Shown one piece after another: positions 43,917 to 51,330 of a stretch of DNA of 64,000 bases. Location of the stretch: NCBI GenBank assembly GCA_021828685.1, contig JAJZDJ010000001.1, positions 6,191-70,190 on the forward strand, written 5' to 3'. Positions within the stretch are counted from its first letter, which is position 1. Each line of letters starts with the position of its first letter. The notes below the pieces were generated by a model. The model did not search any database. It was not told where the DNA came from and was given only the letters and a program-made list of their open reading frames with translations. This DNA is from Actinomycetes bacterium. GTDB lineage: Bacteria; Actinomycetota; Acidimicrobiia; Acidimicrobiales; Palsa-688. The translations under genes were made by a program, and so were the position numbers.

Positions 43917-44367
43917 GAGTGGCGAGACGCCCACAGAGTTGGGAGGAGCCTTGCGCCTGGCGGTTCTGAGGCTCTCGCGCCGGCTTCGCCAGGTCGGGGC
44001 GTCGGACGGGGTGACGCTGTCGCAAATGTCAGCGATGACAGTCATCGACCGTCACGGGGAGCTGACCCTCGGGGAGCTTGCATCCTTGGAGCGGGTTGCG
44101 CCGCCTTCGATGACCCGCATCGCTGCCAGGCTCGAAGACAGCGGCTGGCTGGAACGGCGCAGCGATCCAGGGGATCGTAGGGTGGCAAGGGTGGCGCTCA
44201 GCCCTGCCGGGAGGGAACTGGTAGAAGCTAACCGCCGGCGCGGCGACGCCTTCATATCGGAGCGTCTGTCGGCCTTGTCCGGTGAGGAGATAGAGGCTCT
44301 CGAGCGCGCCCTTCCGATCCTCGAGTGTATTGCCTCACATAAAGCGCCGCCTCCGCAGATCTCCTGA
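43915..44367 (+). CDS. MarR-family transcriptional regulator
   Basis: Winged HTH LSQMSAMTVIDRHGELTLGELASLERVAPPSMTRIAARLEDSGWLERRSDPGDRR. Confidence 0.85.
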   Translation: MSGETPTELGGALRLAVLRLSRRLRQVGASDGVTLSQMSAMTVIDRHGELTLGELASLERVAPPSMTRIAARLEDSGWLERRSDPGDRRVARVALSPAGRELVEANRRRGDAFISERLSALSGEEIEALERALPILECIASHKAPPPQIS

Positions 44368-44403
44368 AGGACCCGCGCAGGTGGGGTACGCGCTGCCGGG
44401 GAA

Positions 44404-44457
44404 AGCGTGATGGAGAGCGTGATGGGAAGATTGTGAGCGCGTGATGGGGAGATTGTG
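44404..44457. repeat. Direct repeats: GCGTGATGG x3 (44404, 44416, 44438), the last two extended to 20-nt units GCGTGATGGG(A/G)AGATTGTGA with 22-bp phasing
   Basis: Read directly. The units 44416-44435 and 44438-44457 differ at one base. The repeat block ends 11 nt upstream of a -35-like hexamer. Confidence 0.85.
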
Positions 44458-44468
44458 ACGAAAGTCTC

Positions 44469-44498
44469 TTGCATCGCCTCCGGAGCTTGTGCAATAAT
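44469..44498 (+). promoter_or_regulatory. Sigma-70/SigA-like promoter (TTGCAT - 18 nt - TGcAATAAT extended -10)
   Basis: The -35 TTGCAT lies at 44469-44474 and the -10 AATAAT at 44493-44498, preceded by TG-n. It is positioned to start transcription about 44504-44506, just upstream of the two C-loop hairpins. Confidence 0.45.
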
Positions 44499-44504
44499 GA
44501 TCAA

Positions 44505-44580
44505 TGTCGCTCGGGGTGGTCCCCCCCCACCCCTAGAGCTATAGAGCGAAGGACCGGCCTCCCCCCTGCCGGTCCTTCGT
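44505..44580 (+). ncRNA. 6C-type small RNA (two hairpins, each with a loop containing a C6 run)
   Basis: Hairpin 1 is GGGGTGG/CCACCCC (44513-44533) with loop TCCCCCC. Hairpin 2 is GAAGGACCGGC/GCCGGTCCTTC (44548-44578) with loop CTCCCCCCT. This matches the defining architecture of the actinobacterial 6C motif. The ends are approximate. Confidence 0.6.
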
Positions 44581-44890
44581 CGCGTCCGGGGGAGGGCTCC
44601 GGGGGATAAGCGGAGACTCGGTGGGAGAATCGAGATGTCGTTCCTGGGTGTTGGGGCTGGAAGGATGCGGGCTTGACGCAAGGGCCCGCGGGTCGCCTTG
44701 GATTCGACGACATTCGTTCGGGCCGAGGCCGGTCCGGCCCTCCCCCAGGGGGCCCGAGGCCGCACCTCGCCCGAACGCCCCCTCTCGTCACCCACCATAT
44801 GTGTCATTCGCCACACTTGGCAAGCCTTAACGGTGAGAATAAAGAAGATTTTTCTGCGAAGCGGGTAGTTTTTTCCTTATCCTTCGATTG

Positions 44891-46294
44891 ATGCCGACGC
44901 CTTCTGCTGCTTTCTCACTTAGAATTCGTGCAAAGATCCCCAACCAACCAGGCGAGTTCGCGTCGCTCGCAACAGCGATCGGAGCTGTCGGGGGAAGCCT
45001 CGTCGGGATCGACATCGTGGGAAGCGGTGGTCCCACCGTCACCCGAGATCTGGTCGTGTTCTGTGACTCGGTGGAGCACGCATCCCAAGTCGAGGCAGCC
45101 GCCAGAGCTTTGGAGGGAATCGAAGTCATGGAGGTCGAGGACCGAACCTTCGCCGCACACGTCGGGGGCAAGCTCAGCATCGACGCCAAGACCGCCTTGC
45201 GCGACCGCGATGCACTGGCGATGACCTACACACCGGGTGTAGCGCGGGTGTGCACGGCGATATCGGAGCATCCCGAGTTGGTCCATCGCTACACGATGAA
45301 GAGCAACACTGTCGCAGTAGTCACCGACGGAACAGCCGTGCTCGGTCTCGGTGACATAGGTCCACGCGCTGCTCTGCCTGTGATGGAAGGCAAGGCCGTT
45401 CTCTTCAAGACCCTCGCCGGGATTGACGCCGTGCCGGTCTGTCTGGACGTATCGTCACCGGACGAAATCGTCGAGACGGTACGGCGATTGGAACCGATGT
45501 TCGGCGGTGTCAACCTGGAGGACATCGCAGCCCCGCACTGCTTCGAGGTCGAGCGTCGCCTTACAGAGACGCTGTCGATCCCAGTTTTCCACGACGATCA
45601 GCACGGTACTGCCGTGGTGGTGCTAGCAGCTCTCAAGAACGCGTGCCGGGTCGTGGGAAAGGATCTCGCTGATCTGCGGATCGTCCTATCGGGGGCAGGG
45701 GCCGCCGGGATGGCCATAACGAAATTCCTTCTTTCGGCGGGTGTGTCCGACATCGTCGCAGTTGATCGAATGGGTGCTATCCATCGAGGTATGGAGGGCC
45801 TCAATCCTTCCATGGCGTGGTTGGCTGATCATTCCAACCCTTCCGGGCGATCGGGGAGCCTTCGGGAGGTTCTCGTGGGATCAGACGTGTTTATCGGCGT
45901 GAGCGGACCGAGACTCCTAGACCGTGGGGATCTGAAGACGATGGCGAGCGACAGCATTGTCTTTGCCTTGGCCAACCCGGTTCCCGAAGTGCTTCCCGAG
46001 GACGCTGAAGGGGTTGTTGGTGTCATGGCGACCGGTCGGAGCGACTACCCCAACCAGATCAACAACGTGCTGTGTTTTCCCGGCATCTTCCGCGGTGCGC
46101 TTGACTGCGGAGCTACGGCTATCACTGAGGGGATGAAGCTTGCGGCTGCGGAGGCGATAGCAGCGGCTGTGGCGGCGGATGTGCTTGGTCCTCAGGAGAT
46201 TGTTCCGAGCGTGTTCAGTCCAGGTGTGGCTCAAAGAGTGGCTGAAGCCGTTGCTGACGCGGCACGAAAAGAGGGGATCACCCGCTGGAGCTAG
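44891..46294 (+). CDS. NAD(P)-dependent malic enzyme with N-terminal ACT domain
   Basis: ACT-like N-terminus followed by LAMTYTPGVARVC, VTDGTAVLGLGDIG and GAGAAGMA Rossmann motifs. Confidence 0.9.
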   Translation: MPTPSAAFSLRIRAKIPNQPGEFASLATAIGAVGGSLVGIDIVGSGGPTVTRDLVVFCDSVEHASQVEAAARALEGIEVMEVEDRTFAAHVGGKLSIDAKTALRDRDALAMTYTPGVARVCTAISEHPELVHRYTMKSNTVAVVTDGTAVLGLGDIGPRAALPVMEGKAVLFKTLAGIDAVPVCLDVSSPDEIVETVRRLEPMFGGVNLEDIAAPHCFEVERRLTETLSIPVFHDDQHGTAVVVLAALKNACRVVGKDLADLRIVLSGAGAAGMAITKFLLSAGVSDIVAVDRMGAIHRGMEGLNPSMAWLADHSNPSGRSGSLREVLVGSDVFIGVSGPRLLDRGDLKTMASDSIVFALANPVPEVLPEDAEGVVGVMATGRSDYPNQINNVLCFPGIFRGALDCGATAITEGMKLAAAEAIAAAVAADVLGPQEIVPSVFSPGVAQRVAEAVADAARKEGITRWS

Positions 46295-46353
46295 AGGGGG
46301 GTAACCGGCTGGAGCGGGGATAACTGGAGGGCGAGAGTCTCCACTTTTCTGTA

Positions 46354-46369
46354 TCGAACATATGTTCGA
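46354..46369. promoter_or_regulatory. LexA operator (SOS/Cheo box TCGAACATATGTTCGA)
   Basis: Perfect TCGAAC-N4-GTTCGA inside a 22-bp palindrome (GTATCGAACATATGTTCGATAC). It overlaps the annotated ATG of imuA'. Confidence 0.8.
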
Positions 46370-47180
46370 TACAGTAGAGGGCGTGAATGCTTCAGGAGCC
46401 TCCTCGCTCCCACCTCCACCCCTGAAAGGGATACAGGATTTTGGCTTTCACCCAAGGGGAGCATCCTTTAAGGCTGAACCGTCATTGCTGGCTGAACCGT
46501 CGTTGCTGGCTGAACCGTCGATGCTGGCTGTCCCGGACTCCATGGCCGCACTCTTTCCTGGAGGAGGCATTCTCAAAGGGAGCCTGCTCAGCATCGGTCC
46601 TATAACCGATAGCTGCTCGGTGGCCTTAGCGCTTGCAGGTGAAGTCACCAAGCACCGAGGATGGGTGGCTGTCTCAGGTTTGCCTTCACTTGGCCTGGCG
46701 GCAGCCGCCGAAATGGGCGTGGACCTGGATAGGTTGGTGCTCGTCCCAGCCCCTGGCGCAAAGTGGTTGGAAGTCACGGCAACTCTAGCCGACGGTTTCG
46801 ACATGATCTTGGCTCGGCCAGGTGTCCGAGTTGCCCCCGCAGACGCTCGGCGTCTGGCGACCCGTGTGAGGCAGAGAGGTGCAGTGGTGGTCTTGGTCGA
46901 CCCACCCGGATGGCCCGAAACCCCTGATTTGATCCTCAAGATCCTGCGGTCCAGATGGGAAGGACTGGAGGAGGGTTACGGGTGTCTGGGTGGCCGCAAG
47001 ATCGATGTCGAGCTGTCCGGTCGCCGCGCGAAAGGCCAATCGCGCCGTCGAAGGCTTTGGCTTCCCGCGCCTCCAATCCGTTTCGGTACAGGGGCTCCGT
47101 TGGACGGTATAGGGGCTCCGTTGGCTCCATTGGACGGCATAGGGGTGGAGATGCTGGGCGAAGAGGCACTGTCGGGGTGA
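46362..47180 (+). CDS. imuA': ImuA' (RecA-fold accessory protein of the ImuA'-ImuB-DnaE2 mutasome)
   Basis: It lies immediately upstream of imuB with a 1-nt gap and behind an SOS box. The core LLSIGPITDSCSVALALAGEVTKHRGWVAVSG...LVLVPAPG resembles ImuA'. The start is uncertain, with an alternative GTG at 46383. Confidence 0.72.
   Translation: MFDTVEGVNASGASSLPPPPLKGIQDFGFHPRGASFKAEPSLLAEPSLLAEPSMLAVPDSMAALFPGGGILKGSLLSIGPITDSCSVALALAGEVTKHRGWVAVSGLPSLGLAAAAEMGVDLDRLVLVPAPGAKWLEVTATLADGFDMILARPGVRVAPADARRLATRVRQRGAVVVLVDPPGWPETPDLILKILRSRWEGLEEGYGCLGGRKIDVELSGRRAKGQSRRRRLWLPAPPIRFGTGAPLDGIGAPLAPLDGIGVEMLGEEALSG
46473..46526. repeat. In-frame 18-bp x3 tandem repeat (GCTGAACCGTCNTTGCTG; AEPSLL x3) inside imuA'
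   Basis: Read directly. The units 46473-46490, 46491-46508 and 46509-46526 differ at 1-2 bases. Confidence 0.9.
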
Positions 47181-47181
47181 A

Positions 47182-48876
47182 ATGCGCATGTTAGGAGAGT
47201 TGACCTCCGATCGAGGGACCCGTGTCCTCGTAGCTCGTTGGTTCGACTGGTCGGCGATTGCTGGCGGACTCAGATCAGACCTGCCTGCTGCGGTCGTGGC
47301 GGCGAGCCGTGTTGTGGCGTTGACTCCCGCCGGTCGCGCCCAGGGTCTGATGTTGGGGATGCGCAAGCGCGAGGCCCAGGCCCGGTGCCCGGAGCTCTCG
47401 ATCGTCCGAGCGGACCCAGGTCGCGATGCACGAGCCTGGGAGTCTGTCGTAGCGGCCATCGAAGCCTTGATGCCATCAGTCCAGGTTCTGTCTCCAGGAG
47501 CCGTGGCTGTTCCGACCAGAGGCCCGTCGAGGTACTACGGAGGAGACGGACCTCTAGCTGATCGCGTTCGCAAAGTGGCAGAAGAGACGGTTGGCAAGAC
47601 TGGATGCTGGGTGGGGGTGGCCGATGGTCTATTTGCCGCTCGACTGGCCGCTGGCGGGATCGCGGTCACCGGCGAGAAGAGCGGGACGTCGCCTTGCGAT
47701 AAGGGAGGTTCCAGGTGGCCTGAAGGGGGCGTCACGATCGTTCCTCCCGGTGCCAGCCAGAAATGGTTGGGACCGATGCCTTTGGCGACGCTTGGCGTCG
47801 GCTACGAAAATTTGGTGGATCTCCTATACCGTCTCGGGCTTCGGCGTCTCTCCGATCTTTCCGACCTCCCGGTCGGAGCTGTGCTCGCCCGGTTCGGTCC
47901 TCAGGGTATTGCCGCTTATCGTCTGGCGCGAGGACTGGATGACAACTTGGTACAGGTGCGTGTCCCGCCGGCTGATCTGACCTTCTCCGCTGAGCTGGAC
48001 CCTCCTGAGGTGAAGGTGGAAGCGGTGACCTTCGTCGTCAAGTCCCTCGCCGACAAGCTTGTAGACCGTCTGCGTTCGACAGGGTTGGTTGTTACCGCTG
48101 TGTCGATCGAGGCTCATACTGATCAGGGCGAGAGATCTGTGCGCCAGTGGCGCCACGACGAGGCTTTCAGCGCTTCGGCTTTGGCGGAACGGGCACGTTG
48201 GCAGATCGAGGGGTGGCTGTCCGGTCGTGGGCCGGTCCTGGCGGGGGGTTCGCCGGTCCTGGCGGTGGGGCCAGAGTCGGGGCCAGAGTCGGGGCCAGAG
48301 TCGAACCCGACCGCGGGAATAGTGCTGCTACGGATCGTTCCCGAAGAGGTCCGCCAAGACAAGGGTCGTCAACTCGATCTGTGGGGGATTCCTACAGACG
48401 GAGATCTTCGAGCATCCCGGGCTATTGCTCGAGTCCAAGCCATGCTCGGATCCGAGGAAGTAAAGGCGGTCGGCTTCAGGGGGGGGAGGGAAGTCTATGA
48501 GCAATTTCAGCTGGTCCCCTGGGGTGCTCCCCGAGGACATGAGCCGGTGTTGCCATGGCCAGGCCGTATTTCACGCCCATACCCTGGCCTGGTACACGAG
48601 CCACCTTTGGAGGCCGATCTTCTGGATGACTGTGGGGTATCGGTGTCCGTTGATGCCAGGGGGTTTCTCGATCGCTCTCCGGCTGTCCTGGTCGTGAGCG
48701 GAGGATCCACCCAGCCGGTGGTCAAATGGGCAGGACCATGGCCGCTAGAGGAGAGGTGGTGGCACCCGGTCCAGAAGCGTCGCCGAGCCCGGATGCAGTT
48801 GATCGTCGCTAGGGGAGAGGCGCATCTTGTGTTCCGGGAGTCCGCTCGCTGGTGGCTGGAAGCCACCTACGCTTGA
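47182..48876 (+). CDS. imuB: ImuB (catalytically inactive Y-family polymerase-like adaptor)
   Basis: The N-terminal Y-family fold pattern (VLVARWFDWSAIA...GMRKREAQARCPEL...VQVLSPGAVAV) and the position between imuA' and dnaE2 support the call. Confidence 0.83.
   Translation: MRMLGELTSDRGTRVLVARWFDWSAIAGGLRSDLPAAVVAASRVVALTPAGRAQGLMLGMRKREAQARCPELSIVRADPGRDARAWESVVAAIEALMPSVQVLSPGAVAVPTRGPSRYYGGDGPLADRVRKVAEETVGKTGCWVGVADGLFAARLAAGGIAVTGEKSGTSPCDKGGSRWPEGGVTIVPPGASQKWLGPMPLATLGVGYENLVDLLYRLGLRRLSDLSDLPVGAVLARFGPQGIAAYRLARGLDDNLVQVRVPPADLTFSAELDPPEVKVEAVTFVVKSLADKLVDRLRSTGLVVTAVSIEAHTDQGERSVRQWRHDEAFSASALAERARWQIEGWLSGRGPVLAGGSPVLAVGPESGPESGPESNPTAGIVLLRIVPEEVRQDKGRQLDLWGIPTDGDLRASRAIARVQAMLGSEEVKAVGFRGGREVYEQFQLVPWGAPRGHEPVLPWPGRISRPYPGLVHEPPLEADLLDDCGVSVSVDARGFLDRSPAVLVVSGGSTQPVVKWAGPWPLEERWWHPVQKRRRARMQLIVARGEAHLVFRESARWWLEATYA
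48267..48302. repeat. In-frame 12-bp x3 tandem repeat (GGGGCCAGAGTC; GPES x3) inside imuB, preceded by a duplicated CCGGTCCTGGCGG
   Basis: Read directly; the three units are identical. Confidence 0.9.
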
Positions 48877-48887
48877 CCGAGATTGAC

Positions 48888-49793
48888 CTAGGCGGTGACG
48901 ATCGGGCCGGAGCTTGCAGATCGGGACGGCACCTGGTGACCGGCTAGCAGTACATCACGGCCCCTACGGGCCTGGCGACGCTGCCACCAGTCCGCGATCA
49001 TCATCGACAGGATCAGATCGGCGATCCCGGCGATCACGTCCAGCAGGAAGTGATTTCCGGTGGCGATCACGGCATAAGCCGTCATCGCCGGGTAGAGCCA
49101 GGCCAAATTGCGCCACCACCGGGAGGGCAGCATCCGCCACACGACCAGGGCCGTCCAGACAGCCCAGGCCATGTGCAACGAAGGCATAGCGGCGAGCTGG
49201 TTCGCAGCGGTAGCCAGCGTTCCTGCGTGCCACGAACCGATAGCGTGGGTCAGAGCGACCACGTCGGTGTACACCTTGGGATTGAATAGGCGTGGAGGGT
49301 CACTAGGGAATATCCAGAACACCGCCATACCCATCAGGTTGGCCACGATCATCGTGTTGCGTAACGGCCGGTAAAGGTCGGGGCGTTTCCACCACAGGAA
49401 GCCAAGAGCTCCGAGTGTGAAGACGAAATGGGCGTTGTCGTAGTAGTTGGCGACTATCACTGCGAAGATGTGGTGAGAGGCCAGCCAGTGGTCCATCGAC
49501 GCCTCTGGGTCGATGTGAAGTATTTCCTCCAAATGGAGGAACGAAGCCGAGTTGGAGTGCGCTGCGGCTATCCGGAGAGGCGACAGATTGTTGATGGCGT
49601 CGTATATCCAAAGGAGCCAGACGATGAAGGTGGCCTCCAGCCAGACCGGCGGGCGACCGGTGGAAATCCTGGTCCTGAGGCGATCGACCCGGTCCGGGAG
49701 GTGGAGCGACATCTTCCGGGAGGCCTTGGAGTGTCCCGCACCTCCCGGTTTGTCCGAATCAGGCGTTGCGGCGCGAGGCGAAGTAGTCGTCAC
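48888..49793 (-). CDS. PAP2-superfamily (PAP2_3 / IPC-synthase-like) integral membrane protein
   Basis: Polytopic protein with AAMPSLHMAWA and ATGNHFLLDVIAG motifs resembling the PAP2 C2/C3 boxes. Confidence 0.62.
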   Translation of the reverse strand: MTTTSPRAATPDSDKPGGAGHSKASRKMSLHLPDRVDRLRTRISTGRPPVWLEATFIVWLLWIYDAINNLSPLRIAAAHSNSASFLHLEEILHIDPEASMDHWLASHHIFAVIVANYYDNAHFVFTLGALGFLWWKRPDLYRPLRNTMIVANLMGMAVFWIFPSDPPRLFNPKVYTDVVALTHAIGSWHAGTLATAANQLAAMPSLHMAWAVWTALVVWRMLPSRWWRNLAWLYPAMTAYAVIATGNHFLLDVIAGIADLILSMMIADWWQRRQARRGRDVLLAGHQVPSRSASSGPIVTA

Positions 49794-49921
49794 TTCCCGA
49801 CCACTCTAGGAAAGGACAAAGAATCTGTCTGGGCGGCAGTGTTTCGCCGGACCTTGCAGGCGGGGCTTAGTCACGTTTTGAGGCATTTGCGTAGTTGGGA
49901 CGACCAGCATAACCCTACCGG

Positions 49922-49978
49922 CAAAAACGATTGATACTTTATACATCTATAGCCGGTATAAAGTATCAATGGTTTTTG
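49922..49978. repeat. AT-rich 23-bp imperfect inverted repeat (CAAAAACGATTGATACTTTATAC ... GTATAAAGTATCAATGGTTTTTG), 11-nt spacer
   Basis: Read directly; 22 of 23 positions are complementary. The local sequence from about 49920 to 50003 is far below the window's GC content. Confidence 0.88.
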
Positions 49979-50003
49979 TGACTGACTGAAAACCACTGTA
50001 AAT

Positions 50004-50052
50004 GGCTGGCGGCTGGCGGCTGGCGGCTGGCGGCTGGCGGCTGGCGGCTGGC
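50004..50052. repeat. Heptanucleotide microsatellite (GGCTGGC)x7
   Basis: Seven perfect contiguous units, read directly. The array ends 6 nt from the TAG stop of the minus-strand amidase gene. Confidence 0.95.
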
Positions 50053-50058
50053 CTTCTA

Positions 50059-51228
50059 CTACGCCAACTCTGTCGCCCCTTCGACGACAAGGCCCATGGC
50101 TATAAGATCCTCCTCGGCGTTAGCCGGGCCTACAATCTGAAGCGAGACGGGTATCGATGACCACATGGCGGTGGGAATGGGAAGGGCGAGAGCCGGCAAC
50201 CCTGCAAGGTTGAACGGGGTCACGCAGCGAATCCGCTTGAGTTCGGAGGCCTGCTCGAGTGTCGGGGGGTCGGATGCAAGTACAGGGAGGGTAAGCAGGT
50301 CCACCTCCTCGAAGGCCTGTCGGAGTTCGCTGTCCCATTCGATGCGGATTCGCCTGGCGGCATCGACGTCGGAAGGAGAGATCTTCGATGCATGTTCTAG
50401 GCGCTCGGCCACATCTACAGACAGGGCTGCGGCATGTGTTCGCCACAGCCACGCGTAAGTATCCCAAGCTTCAGAGTCGAGGATTGTGGCTGCTGCCCAT
50501 GTTGCCTTCTCCCATCCGGGCAGGGTGAGGTCTACGCGGGCAGCGCCGACTGCCTGGCAGAACCCGTCGGTGGCAGCATCGACGGCTTCATCAATGTTCT
50601 CTGCCGCGGGAAGTCGTAGGCGCCCAATCCGACGGGGCAGGCCGCGGCCGGCGGACGAGAAGCCAGGCTCGAGAAGCGCCATTCCCTGCTCTGTCGCTCG
50701 AACTGTTGCCGCCATCGGGCCGACCGTGTCAAGCGAAGGGGCGAGGGGGGCCACTCCATTCGTGCTCACCCGACCCCAGGTCGTCTTCAAGCCGACGACG
50801 CCGCAGCATGCCGCTGGAATCCGTATGGAACCCCCCGTGTCGGTTCCAAATGCAACGTCGGCTTGCGCATCTCCGACCGCGACGGCCGAGCCGCTCGAGG
50901 ATCCGCCGGGTGCGAGGTTTGGATCGAGCGGGTTGACCGGAGTCCCAAACCACGGGTTGATGCCTGTGACGCCGTATGCCAACTCGTGGAGATTGGCTTT
51001 TCCCACGATCGTCGCTCGGCCGGCTGTCACGGCGTCTCGTGTTCCACGAAGGCAGACTGCGTCCATCGATGCGGGCTGTAGCGATTCGGCGATGACCTTG
51101 GAGCCGCGAGTCGTGACTGTGCCGGCGATGTCGATCAGGTCTTTCACCGCCACCCTAAGAGCTCCGTCCCGGCCGGGCGACTGAAGGTTGGAGTCGACGT
51201 CTTCAGCCCGGCTTATGAAGGTGGCCAC
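50059..51228 (-). CDS. Amidase-signature family amidase (GatA-like)
   Basis: VAVKDLIDIAGTVTTRGS and GGSSSGSAVAV...GTDTGGSIRIPAACCG (Ser-cisSer-Lys signature). The GTG at 51228 is preferred over the TTG at 51303 so that the SOS box stays intergenic. Confidence 0.85.
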   Translation of the reverse strand: MATFISRAEDVDSNLQSPGRDGALRVAVKDLIDIAGTVTTRGSKVIAESLQPASMDAVCLRGTRDAVTAGRATIVGKANLHELAYGVTGINPWFGTPVNPLDPNLAPGGSSSGSAVAVGDAQADVAFGTDTGGSIRIPAACCGVVGLKTTWGRVSTNGVAPLAPSLDTVGPMAATVRATEQGMALLEPGFSSAGRGLPRRIGRLRLPAAENIDEAVDAATDGFCQAVGAARVDLTLPGWEKATWAAATILDSEAWDTYAWLWRTHAAALSVDVAERLEHASKISPSDVDAARRIRIEWDSELRQAFEEVDLLTLPVLASDPPTLEQASELKRIRCVTPFNLAGLPALALPIPTAMWSSIPVSLQIVGPANAEEDLIAMGLVVEGATELA

Positions 51229-51282
51229 CCGGGGAGTATAGGAGGGAGTCCCAGGCGGGCGGAGGTAAAGACTCCCCGATGG

Positions 51283-51298
51283 TCGAACATACGTTCGA
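51283..51298. promoter_or_regulatory. LexA operator (SOS box TCGAACATACGTTCGA)
   Basis: TCGAAC-N4-GTTCGA lies 33 nt upstream of the dnaE2 GTG start. Confidence 0.8.
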
Positions 51299-51330
51299 CT
51301 CAAGCCGGTCTATCGGAGTACTGTTGGGCG

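Noticed and set aside
46325-46350. TGGAG-N9-CTCCA hairpin followed by CTTTTCT after the malic enzyme gene as an intrinsic terminator
   Set aside because: The stem is only 5 bp, which is too weak to call without 3'-end data.
51229-51303. TTG-initiated 25-codon N-terminal extension of the amidase ORF
   Set aside because: The extension would place the dnaE2 LexA box inside coding sequence. The GTG at 51228 leaves a normal 102-bp divergent regulatory region. The true start remains unverified.
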